A stretch of DNA of 32,000 bases from Crocosphaera subtropica ATCC 51142 (GTDB lineage: Bacteria; Cyanobacteriota; Cyanobacteriia; Cyanobacteriales; Microcystaceae): positions 1,243,382-1,275,381 of the forward strand of contig NC_010546.1 of NCBI RefSeq assembly GCF_000017845.1, given 5' to 3'. The notes under the pieces are model-generated. The model did not search any database. It was not told the DNA's origin and saw nothing but the letters and a program-made list of their open reading frames with translations. The translations under genes were made by a program, and so were the position numbers. Of this stretch, positions 18,277-26,164 are shown in pieces; the first letter of the stretch is position 1, and every line of letters begins with the position of its first letter.

Positions 18277-18724
18277 AGACATCTCCATAATTTAATAAAA
18301 TCAAGAAATATAGTATAATAAAATGAATAATTAGTTCAAAAAAGAAGAGAATTAACTGAAGCTCAAATAAAAGAAAATAAAGCTTTATCATCTAATCGGA
18401 TTTTTGTTGAGCATTTAATTCGAGTTGTCAAAGTATTTAAAGTAGTTCAAGAAAGATTTCGCTTACATAAGAGTCGATATAAATCGGTTTTGTTAACCGT
18501 TTGTGGATTAGTTCGGTTGAGAATTAGTTCCTTGATTTTGAAAATAATAGAATCCTCCCAATCTGGAGAGGTAATTGACGTTATAATGAGCCATAGTTTT
18601 ATGTCCAAATTAGAGTTAATTCCTTCAACCCCTTATTAATTCGTTCTGAAGGCTAATTTTGACTTCAAGTTTAATCTGCCTGTTTTCATTGCTGTAACTG
18701 GGTTATGGATTCTTGGAGATGTCT
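18277..18724 (+). mobile_element. Internally deleted IS (IS4/IS5-type DDE) retaining both ends
   Basis: A perfect 11-bp terminal inverted repeat, AGACATCTCCA (18277-18287) / TGGAGATGTCT (18714-18724), is flanked by direct AAT (18274-18276 and 18725-18727). It encloses a transposase C-terminal fragment. Confidence 0.7.
18331..18639 (+). pseudogene. Transposase C-terminal fragment (DDE, E-x6-K signature)
   Basis: The frame is open from 18331 and reads LVQKRRELTEAQIKENKALSSNRIFVEHLIRVVKVFKVVQERFRLHKSRYKSVLLTVCGLVRLRI... The S-x-R-x-x-VE-x6-K ... CGL pattern is the C-terminal catalytic region of IS4/IS5-like transposases. There is no start codon and the two Asp-bearing regions are missing. Confidence 0.7.
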
Positions 18725-19028
18725 AATGTTTTCCCTTAGGAAGTAATTGAGAAATTAAGGGATTTAATGATCACCCCCATAAGACTAAATAAATAAATTA
18801 ATAACTAATAGAGTAATCCCAATATTTGGATATTGTAAGACAATTCATAATTGTACGAGTGTAACCTAATTTGAAGCTTTAAAAGTGTTAAGAAATATAA
18901 AAAAATGTAATGATTATTTAAGATGGAAAAGAATAAATTTTATAGATTTTCTTAAGATTTTTTTTAAAAAAAAGTAGTTTATACTATTTTCTATAAATAT
19001 TTTAATAGTTAATACTGAGGAATCGTTA

Positions 19029-19403
19029 ATGATTTTAAAATCATTATTATGCTCAACTTTATCTTCCATGGCTATTATAACTAGCCTTGGTATTTTTCCC
19101 TTAAACGTCAACGCTCAAACTAATTCACAGGCTAATTGTGTTCAAGAACCCCAGTCTTATATTTCCCCTGAACTCTTAGCAACGATGGCCTATCGGGAGT
19201 CTTTTAAAAAGGAAGGAATTCCGGGTTATGGTGTCTTAGAAACAGAATTCAGTGCAGGAAATATTACAGCAAAAGACATTGTACAAGCAGCAATAAAAGC
19301 TTGTGTTCTTAGCAATGAATATGGCATCGCTAGTCATGAAAACTACGTTGACGATGTGAAAAGTCAACTTCAATCTATGATCCAAGCTGATAATAGTCGA
19401 TAA
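19029..19403 (+). CDS. Small exported protein of unknown function
   Basis: 124 aa with a signal peptide ending VNA/QT and GAGGAA 9 nt upstream of the ATG. Two Cys residues. No family recognised. Confidence 0.55.
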   Translation: MILKSLLCSTLSSMAIITSLGIFPLNVNAQTNSQANCVQEPQSYISPELLATMAYRESFKKEGIPGYGVLETEFSAGNITAKDIVQAAIKACVLSNEYGIASHENYVDDVKSQLQSMIQADNSR

Positions 19404-19619
19404 AAACAGTAAGAATACTGACTTAATTTCACTTAAGTTGGAAAAAAGTTAAGTAAGACAGAGAACAGGAACGAGTAACTTCTATAGAGTGCAGATAATA
19501 AGTTAAAAATTAATAACAAATCATCCAAAAACTGACTTATACGCAAACCTATTGTCTGTTTAAAAAATCCTGTTTTCTGGTCTTTTTTAACAAATAACTT
19601 CGACTTTATCCGACAAATT

Positions 19620-21902
19620 ATGTTACACAAAATTTTAAAATTTCTTTATTTGAAACCTATAATACAGGGTACTGTTTTAATTAGTTATTATTTGTTTTCC
19701 GCAAATGTACAAGCCAACCCGATAATAACTAAAACTGACCAAGATATTTTTTATGAACCATCAATTTTAGTTATTCCAGAAGATAAACCTTTGGCCAATG
19801 AAGTCGAAGTTAAAAAAGATAGTTTTACGATTTTAGAAAATACCGTTAATTCTAACCAACCTGAGACAACATCTTCTTGTCTTACGTTTACTCCTTTAAC
19901 TAACACTGTCACCCCTAATATATCATCTACTAAAAAGAAGGAAAACGAAATAAAAGCTACCAGTAATTGTGCCACAGATTTGATAGAAATTTCAAATCCT
20001 AAACCATTAAAAGTATTTCAGAATAAAAACTCTGATTTTTCGTTAAATCTTCCAGAAACTTCACCTAAGTCTTCACAAGATTTACCTGTCGTAGAGACAA
20101 CTCAACCCGTTGAAGACAACCGCTGGCATTTTAAATTACAACCTTATGCCACCATTCCCATTAATACCTATGGAACGGTTTCGGCGAGGGGAGAAACGGT
20201 TAGTTATCATTTAAGTTTAGGGGAATTATTAGATACATTAAGAGCAACTGCAAGCGGTCGTTTTGAAGGTTGGAACGGTCGTTGGGGATTTATTATTGAT
20301 GGTTATTTTGCTAGTTTACAAGATATTGGTAATCTGCAAATATCTCGTTCGAGAAACCCTAATCCTATTAATGTTTTAAACTTTTTATTAAATAGAGGAA
20401 TTAATACTAGACTGCAAGAAGTCGTTAATGTCATTGATCAAGAAATTCAAATCGCTAATAATATTCAACAAGTAAGAGAAGCTCAACCTTTTCAAAATTT
20501 AGAACGTCAAGTTCAAGATTTGAAAGTTGTTGTTTCGGAAGATGCCCAAAAACTTCAGGAATTGCAAATTAGATTCCAAGAATTTGAAGATAAAGTAATT
20601 ACAGGTCGTCAACAGATAGAGGTATTAGAAACAAGAGTTGAAGATTTGCAAGACCTTGAATCACAAATTAATACTTTACAGAATTTTAAAACAAACTTCA
20701 TTAATAATATCAATACTGAACAATTTCAAGCATTTCTTGACCTTGATTTTCAAAACTTAAATCAATTAGCAAATCAAGTTAGTAGCATTGAACAAGTAGG
20801 ACAAGAATTAAGACAAACTAGAAATAATTTAGAACGTGCGAGTCAGCGAGTTAAAGAACTACGCTCGCAACGAGATAGTGTAGCTTTAGAAAATGTTGAA
20901 ACCAAGCTAGAAGAAGCCAAAGCATTACTTAATGATGAACTGATTACAGATGAGGAAAAGTTAGAGAGTTTTTTGGACAAACTTGAAGAATTAAAAAACA
21001 TTGAATCAGACATTGACCTAGTGAAAGAAATAGGAATTAATGATATTGAATCTTTAGAAAAAATTATTGCTTTAAGGGTTCAAGATTTACCGATTATTGA
21101 CGATTTACAAGACTTAAACAACCAAATTCAAGAGCTAAATCAACTTACCGATATTAATCAAATTGAACAAAAACTAATACAAACCAGAGATAATTTAGAG
21201 CGTGTTAGTCAACAAGTCAAAGAACTGCGGTCACAACAAGATAGTGAAACTTTGCAAAATCTTGATAGTCAACTCGAACAAGCAAAAGTATTATTAGATC
21301 GAGAAATTCAAGCAGTCAACCAAATTCAAGACTTTCTAGAAAATCAACAACCTCAACAACTTGAAGCAACCATCGGAGCAAGTTTACAATTTGATCAAGG
21401 AATTTATGATTTTGCCCTTAGTTATCATATTGGGGATCTTCCCTCCCATGAATTGCCTGAACAACCTTCTAATCGCAATTTTCCTCTAATTTGGTTTCAA
21501 CCTATTGTGGGGGTTCGCCTTAATGATATTAGTGTTGAAATTGATACAATTAATAGGTTTGAGCTATCAAGTTCTTTGGTTAATATTCAGGGTACGGTTC
21601 AACGAAAATTTGAGCGAGGACGTACTTGGTTTGAACCCTTATTAGGAGGAAAATTCGGTATTCAAATCTCAGATCCCATTACTTTTTGGTTAAGAGGTGA
21701 TGCTTCGGGGTTTGGACTAGCAGGAGAAACAGATATTAGTTGGAACTTATTGTTTGGGTTAGATTGGTGGATTCATCAACAAATTTCATTGCAACTTGGC
21801 TATCATTTCTATGAGATCGACTATAAAACTGGCAATGATAATGACTTTAGATTTGAAGAAAATCTAAACGGACCTTTTGTTTCAGCAACCTTTCATTTTT
21901 AG
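19620..21902 (+). CDS. Exported protein: outer-membrane beta-barrel-like segments interrupted by a long coiled coil
   Basis: 760 aa. Signal peptide ending VQA/NP, then a low-complexity linker (aa 33-166). Beta-like segment aa 167-245 (RWHFKLQPYATIP...GRWGFIIDGYFASL). Heptad-rich Q/E/L region about aa 262-580. Alternating-pattern beta segment aa 581-760 ending ...GPFVSATFHF, with a terminal aromatic Phe as in OMP C-terminal signatures. Confidence 0.7.
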   Translation: MLHKILKFLYLKPIIQGTVLISYYLFSANVQANPIITKTDQDIFYEPSILVIPEDKPLANEVEVKKDSFTILENTVNSNQPETTSSCLTFTPLTNTVTPNISSTKKKENEIKATSNCATDLIEISNPKPLKVFQNKNSDFSLNLPETSPKSSQDLPVVETTQPVEDNRWHFKLQPYATIPINTYGTVSARGETVSYHLSLGELLDTLRATASGRFEGWNGRWGFIIDGYFASLQDIGNLQISRSRNPNPINVLNFLLNRGINTRLQEVVNVIDQEIQIANNIQQVREAQPFQNLERQVQDLKVVVSEDAQKLQELQIRFQEFEDKVITGRQQIEVLETRVEDLQDLESQINTLQNFKTNFINNINTEQFQAFLDLDFQNLNQLANQVSSIEQVGQELRQTRNNLERASQRVKELRSQRDSVALENVETKLEEAKALLNDELITDEEKLESFLDKLEELKNIESDIDLVKEIGINDIESLEKIIALRVQDLPIIDDLQDLNNQIQELNQLTDINQIEQKLIQTRDNLERVSQQVKELRSQQDSETLQNLDSQLEQAKVLLDREIQAVNQIQDFLENQQPQQLEATIGASLQFDQGIYDFALSYHIGDLPSHELPEQPSNRNFPLIWFQPIVGVRLNDISVEIDTINRFELSSSLVNIQGTVQRKFERGRTWFEPLLGGKFGIQISDPITFWLRGDASGFGLAGETDISWNLLFGLDWWIHQQISLQLGYHFYEIDYKTGNDNDFRFEENLNGPFVSATFHF
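20787..21308 (+). repeat. Internal duplication within the coiled-coil region (offset 375 nt, 125 aa)
   Basis: IEQVGQELRQTRNNLERASQRVKELRSQRDSVALENVETKLEEAKALLNDEL (aa 390-441) aligns with IEQKLIQTRDNLERVSQQVKELRSQQDSETLQNLDSQLEQAKVLLDREI (aa 515-563). The similarity is also visible at nucleotide level. Confidence 0.8.
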
Positions 21903-22006
21903 GTACCGAAATAAGATTTATTTGAAATTCTCTAAATTCTCTAATTACAAGCCAAACTAACCATTGTCGTAACCTACCCACAGATGAATGATATCAATAA
22001 TATTAT

Positions 22007-22468
22007 TTAAGGAGCAGTAACATCATTATCCCATAGTTCAACTTTAGCCAAAGAACAACTCATGCTATGTTCATTAGCTAATTCATGTATCCATTTTCCC
22101 ATTTGTTGGTTTTGATCATTTCCGCTTAACCAAGTAACACTCAGAAGACTGAGATTGCCTCCTGCAATCGGTTCACAAGTAAATTTTAAATTCCCTGGAG
22201 AGTTCTCAGAAACCCCTGATTGGCACTTCCAACTTTTTGGATCAATGATTAATTTCCAATCACTATCATCTCTGGCTTCAATGAGAATTTTATCTTCTTG
22301 ATCTGAACAAATCCAACTATTCATTTGATCAGCTATATTAGGTAATTCATCTAAATTAGATGGGTTATTTTGTGCTGTTAATTGAGAAGTAGATTGAGCT
22401 AATAAAGTTAAAGGAGATAAAATTAAAAGAATTGTTGTTTTTGTTAAAATCAATGACTTTAATTTCAT
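22007..22468 (-). CDS. Small exported protein of unknown function
   Basis: 153 aa with a signal peptide ending LLA/QS and four Cys residues. No family recognised. Confidence 0.5.
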   Translation of the reverse strand: MKLKSLILTKTTILLILSPLTLLAQSTSQLTAQNNPSNLDELPNIADQMNSWICSDQEDKILIEARDDSDWKLIIDPKSWKCQSGVSENSPGNLKFTCEPIAGGNLSLLSVTWLSGNDQNQQMGKWIHELANEHSMSCSLAKVELWDNDVTAP

Positions 22469-22593
22469 GTGTTTCCTCAGCTAATCTCTTTATTAAAAAT
22501 GTTTTTAATAAAATTATAAAAGGTTTCTAAAAATTTGGTTTAACGAAATACAAATCCAAGTAAACTAAATTTAGTTAAACTTTAACAAAGATT

Positions 22594-23136
22594 ATGAAAC
22601 AATACAGGAAACTATTGGTTTTTCTTCAACTTCCCACTATCGTAACTTTTTCTTGGTCTTTTTTATCTATCCCTGTCAACGCCCAAGGTTCTACTATTGC
22701 TTGTTTTGAATATGTTCAAGGGTTAGGAGCCAATCGAGAAACTGCCCAATCCATTTGTGCCAGTTATCCTCAATATGCGGGTTATTGTGCTGATAAAGTA
22801 AGGAGCATTGGAGGAACTTGGGAAACGGCTGAATCCTTATGTCAAGATGGAACTCGTTTCTCAGGACAGTGTTTTATAGGAATGAGAGCGCAAGGAGCGA
22901 CTTGGGAGCATTCAGAGTCTTTGTGCAAGAATGCAACAGCAAATACCAGTCAATGTGTTCAACAAGCTAGGGGTTTGGAAGGCTTTTCTTGGAAAGGTGC
23001 TTTACAAGAATGTCGTCCGCCTCAGATTGCCGATGCCCTACAAAATTGTATCAATTCTTTAACCCATGATCTTCATGGCAACCCTACAGGAATTTCTCCA
23101 GAAGCTGCATCACAGGAATGTAGTCGGGGAAGGTGA
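22594..23136 (+). CDS. Exported Cys-rich repeat protein (five Cys-pair units)
   Basis: 180 aa with a signal peptide ending VNA/QG. The mature part follows C-x17-C-x9-C-x17-C-x9-C-x17-C-x9-C-x18-C-x11-C-x23-C. The core G-x-(T/S)-W-E-x-(A/S)-E-S-L-C recurs (GGTWETAESLC, GATWEHSESLC, GANRETAQSIC, GFSWKGALQEC). Confidence 0.6.
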   Translation: MKQYRKLLVFLQLPTIVTFSWSFLSIPVNAQGSTIACFEYVQGLGANRETAQSICASYPQYAGYCADKVRSIGGTWETAESLCQDGTRFSGQCFIGMRAQGATWEHSESLCKNATANTSQCVQQARGLEGFSWKGALQECRPPQIADALQNCINSLTHDLHGNPTGISPEAASQECSRGR

Positions 23137-23328
23137 TAGATTGGCCGTGGCCGTGGCCAGAGGGAAAAAGTTTAACTAAGGTTGTTCTCAAATAGGAAGG
23201 AATGAACCATGATTAATTTCTAATGAGTCGAAAAACAAACCACAACCATGGCCAATAAAAACCACATTCGATGATCGAAGCGTATTGCACTACTATAAAT
23301 AAGAGCTTTATCGAATCTCTACAGAGTC

Positions 23329-24657
23329 ATGGTTAATTCAGAATATTATTTCATCAGTGATCTTCATATTGGTGGTGAAGGCAACTTAGCCGTTTGTGAT
23401 TTTGAAACAGAATTAATTGATTTTTTACAACTTCTAGAAGGTAAAACTCATTCTACAGAATTGATTATCCTCGGCGATGCTTTTAGCTTTTGGGAAATGA
23501 CTCGTACTTCTCCTACAGCTAAATTAGAAACCATTATTACTCAGCATCCCAGATTATTTGAGCAGTTTAAACGCACAGGTCGAAATATCAAGATCACCTT
23601 GCTCCCAGGAAATCATGACTATGAACTGGCTTGTTATGAAGAGTTTAAAACAACTCTCCAGGCTTACAATATCACTTTAGAAGCGAAAGAAGCGATTACT
23701 CGTCAAATACAGGGGAAAACTATCTGGATCGAACACGGCCATCAACAAGACAGTTTCAATCGTATTGCTGATTTTGGTAATCCTTATGCTACCCCGATTG
23801 GCTACTATATTGTCAGTCAAATTGTAGATAGCTTAGTGGAAAGATCGAGCTTAGGTAAGTATAGCTGGCTTAAAGATATTGAATCTGTCTATCCTAACGA
23901 AGAAATCCCTTATTGGTTCTTCTCTAACTATTTCTATAAAGAGATGAGTCTCTGGTTACGTTGGGTTTTATTACCTTTTTTACTGTTATTAAGTGTGAGT
24001 CTTATCTTACTAATTAGTGCTGCCTTAGAACAAGTGGGGATAGTTAACAGTGGTTTCTTTTCTCGGCATTGGTTAGAATTTTTACAAAACTTTGGTTTTG
24101 CTGGCAAAGCTTTAGAATTTACTGTCAATTTAGTTTTGTTCATTGATAGTTTATTTTTAGGAAGCTTAATTTTAGTAATGATTCCTTTATTATTTGTTTT
24201 TAGAGATATTCAAAAAACTTTGCGTCGATATGGCTTTAAAAGTAAGAAACATGGACTAAAGAGTAAACAGAATTCTTATCTTGAAGCTGCCCGCCAAGTT
24301 TTTGAACAAAATCCAGATGTCTTTGCCTTTGTCTATGGACACACCCATCATCCTTCCTTAACTCGAATTGACCCTAATTCCAGCTATGTTTTAGGCGATC
24401 GCTATGTTATCAATACAGGGAGTTGGCTCAAAAAACTTAAGAGAATTCCCTCTATTTTTCGATTTTTCCCCGCTGTTTATTATCCTTCTTTTCAACTCAA
24501 TTACTTTAAAATTTTCATTAATAATGGGAAAATTGAAATTTTCTATGAGTGTTTGCCCAAAGAAGCTGAATCAGGTTTAACCCTCTTAGAGAAGCTAGCA
24601 ATAATAGGTCGAAAAAAACAAAGATTCATTTCACTTCCACAACATACTATTATTTAA
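23329..24657 (+). CDS. Calcineurin-like metallophosphoesterase with an inserted two-TM hairpin
   Basis: 442 aa with MPE motifs SDLHIGG, ILGDAFSFW, PGNHDYE, EHGHQQD and YGHTHHP. Two strongly hydrophobic segments (about aa 207-233 and 264-291) lie between the HGH and GHTHH motifs. The gene contains a HIP1 site (24395). Confidence 0.8.
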   Translation: MVNSEYYFISDLHIGGEGNLAVCDFETELIDFLQLLEGKTHSTELIILGDAFSFWEMTRTSPTAKLETIITQHPRLFEQFKRTGRNIKITLLPGNHDYELACYEEFKTTLQAYNITLEAKEAITRQIQGKTIWIEHGHQQDSFNRIADFGNPYATPIGYYIVSQIVDSLVERSSLGKYSWLKDIESVYPNEEIPYWFFSNYFYKEMSLWLRWVLLPFLLLLSVSLILLISAALEQVGIVNSGFFSRHWLEFLQNFGFAGKALEFTVNLVLFIDSLFLGSLILVMIPLLFVFRDIQKTLRRYGFKSKKHGLKSKQNSYLEAARQVFEQNPDVFAFVYGHTHHPSLTRIDPNSSYVLGDRYVINTGSWLKKLKRIPSIFRFFPAVYYPSFQLNYFKIFINNGKIEIFYECLPKEAESGLTLLEKLAIIGRKKQRFISLPQHTII

Positions 24658-24774
24658 TTTTAAAAAATAGGTATTCTTCTTCATACTCAAAACTATCTTT
24701 TCCACCCTATTAAATTCGTGTTCTTTCATTCCTGCTAACCGCATCACTTTCCAAGTCTTAACTTCTTCTCCTCG

Positions 24775-25558
24775 TCAGTGAATTTCGGTAATTGCCCATT
24801 GAATGCGTCGATTTTGGAATTCTGTGACTGATTCAGTGACTTCTGAGAGATAAGCTTGAGTCAAAGGCAATTTATCCAGCTTTTGCTGCAACATGGCTTT
24901 TAAACCTGTCGTTGTGCCAATTTTACCGATGGTTATGCGTTGGGGAATATCAAGATTGAGCAGTTGAGTCACCACTTCTTCTACTTGCAGTTTAATCTGC
25001 TTATCTCGTTCTTCCCAATTAACTCGCTTATTGATAGAAACAGGACGCTGTAAGGTGGGTGAATGCTCGTGAATGCTCATTTAACCAATCTTTATCATTA
25101 CGATACAGCCACATCCCTGAAACTTGATGTAAACGATGCCAATATGTCTCCCCATACTGCTGTAAATCTTGCCTGAAACATTGGGGACAAAATCGCAGAT
25201 ATTCAGCATAATACAGCTTTGACTTAGGGATTTTCGCTATTTGTGCAATCGATTTACTTTCCTTACCCTCCATCAATTCCTGTAACCGTTTCACCTCACG
25301 ATTGCTCAAAAACGTCCGATAATAGGGTAATAAAGTATGCTCTTGTAATAACTGATTAAGGGTTAAATTTGACCCTAAAGGTAACTTATTGATTAAAGTA
25401 ACCAGATTGTTCGGTAATCCGAGATAATATTGCTTTTTTCCTGCTGTGTTAAACAAATCAATCTGTGTCTGCCGAAAACTACGGTTTCCACTCCTGAGAT
25501 GATAACGACACAGCACACTGTAGAATAGTTCATCACTCAGAAATATCCACAGGAGCAA
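24775..25558 (-). pseudogene. tnsD: TnsD/TniQ-family target-selection protein, frame-broken with an internal deletion
   Basis: 25028..25558 has a TniQ-like N-terminus (SDELFYSVLCRYHLRSG...LRFCPQCFRQDLQQYGETYWHRLHQVSG). 24775..25080 has a TnsD-like C-terminus (VNWEERDK...PQRITIGKI...LPLTQAYLSEVTESVTEFQNRRIQWAI). The middle of a full-length protein is missing, and the two frames overlap at a tandem GAATGCTCGT/GAATGCTCAT (25061-25080). Confidence 0.7.
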
Positions 25559-25904
25559 TATCTCGGTACTTCTTCATTTGTACTAAATTCCCCGAACGTA
25601 TTGCGTCTAACATCGGTTTCACTAGATATAATCCTTCTTGTGCAACCTTGTGAATTAAATCAATGGTTATGATTTCATCGCCACCGATAGTAATAGCTCG
25701 CCATTGCACCATTTTGTACAATTTGATCAGAATGTCTATGATTCCTTGGGTTTCTTCATACAGTACGTCACTAATTTCCTGAGAATAGGGAACCTCGGTT
25801 TTTGTCCACTGATCATCCCACATTCCCTCCACAAAAAACTGCCAATCTCTGTCATTTTCCATGCGTTTCCAGCATACTGCACCTTCTCCTGTTCCCCGGT
25901 ACAT
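25533..25904 (-). pseudogene. tnsC: TnsC-like transposition ATPase, C-terminal fragment only
   Basis: The 123-aa ORF ...WKRMENDRDWQFFVEGMWDDQWTKTEVPYSQEISDVLYEETQGIIDILIKLYKMVQWRAITIGGDEIITIDLIHKVA... matches the C-terminal region of Tn7-like TnsC. No Walker motifs are present. It overlaps the tniQ start, as it would in an operon. Confidence 0.65.
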
Positions 25905-25960
25905 AATGGAAAGGTTGAGTATAATATAGCTAGTGGGAGATTAGAGATAATGTGAACAGA

Positions 25961-26151
25961 ATGTCTACAGCTTATTTTCAAAATCTGATTGAATCAATCG
26001 AAACCTTATTAATTGAAGATCAAGATTATTTATTTGATTTAATCCGTAAAAGACGCATCGAAAAAAGAATCCTGAACTACAAAATAAGATTACCAGTGTT
26101 TTAATATTATTAGCTAAAGATCCTTTTACTCCATCTTTAAAGTCTCATTAA
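25961..26151 (+). pseudogene. Possible scar of a type II toxin-antitoxin pair
   Basis: A 47-codon ORF at 25961-26104 (MSTAYFQNLIESIETLLIEDQDYLFDLIRKRRIEKR...) resembles the N-termini of small cyanobacterial antitoxins. In another frame, 26107-26151 reads LLAKDPFTPSLKSH-stop, which resembles the ...P..P.LK.HKL.G segment of RelE/YafQ-type toxins. Both pieces are short. Confidence 0.3.
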
Positions 26152-26164
26152 ATATTTTAGGAAG

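Noticed and set aside
18158-18391. 77-aa minus-strand ORF (MIKLYFLLFELQLILFFF...).
   Set aside because: It runs from the IS remnant into another frame of the membrane-protein gene. It is an AT-rich low-complexity artefact.
18914-19975. ORFs 18914..19111 (-), 19433..19630 (-) and 19751..19975 (-).
   Set aside because: They are AT-rich antisense or intergenic frames overlapping better-supported plus-strand genes or their promoters, with no motifs.
23934-24143. 69-aa minus-strand ORF inside the phosphoesterase gene.
   Set aside because: It is an antisense shadow ORF.
23329-24657. Calling the metallophosphoesterase a missing cyanobacterial LpxH-type lipid A enzyme.
   Set aside because: It has the generic GNHD motif rather than the GNRD I recall for LpxH, and nothing else in the window links it to lipid A genes. 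The membrane-anchored topology is noted as a finding, with no functional claim.
25704-25981. ORFs 25704..25955 (+) and 25736..25981 (-).
   Set aside because: They overlap the tnsC fragment in other frames and have no family resemblance.
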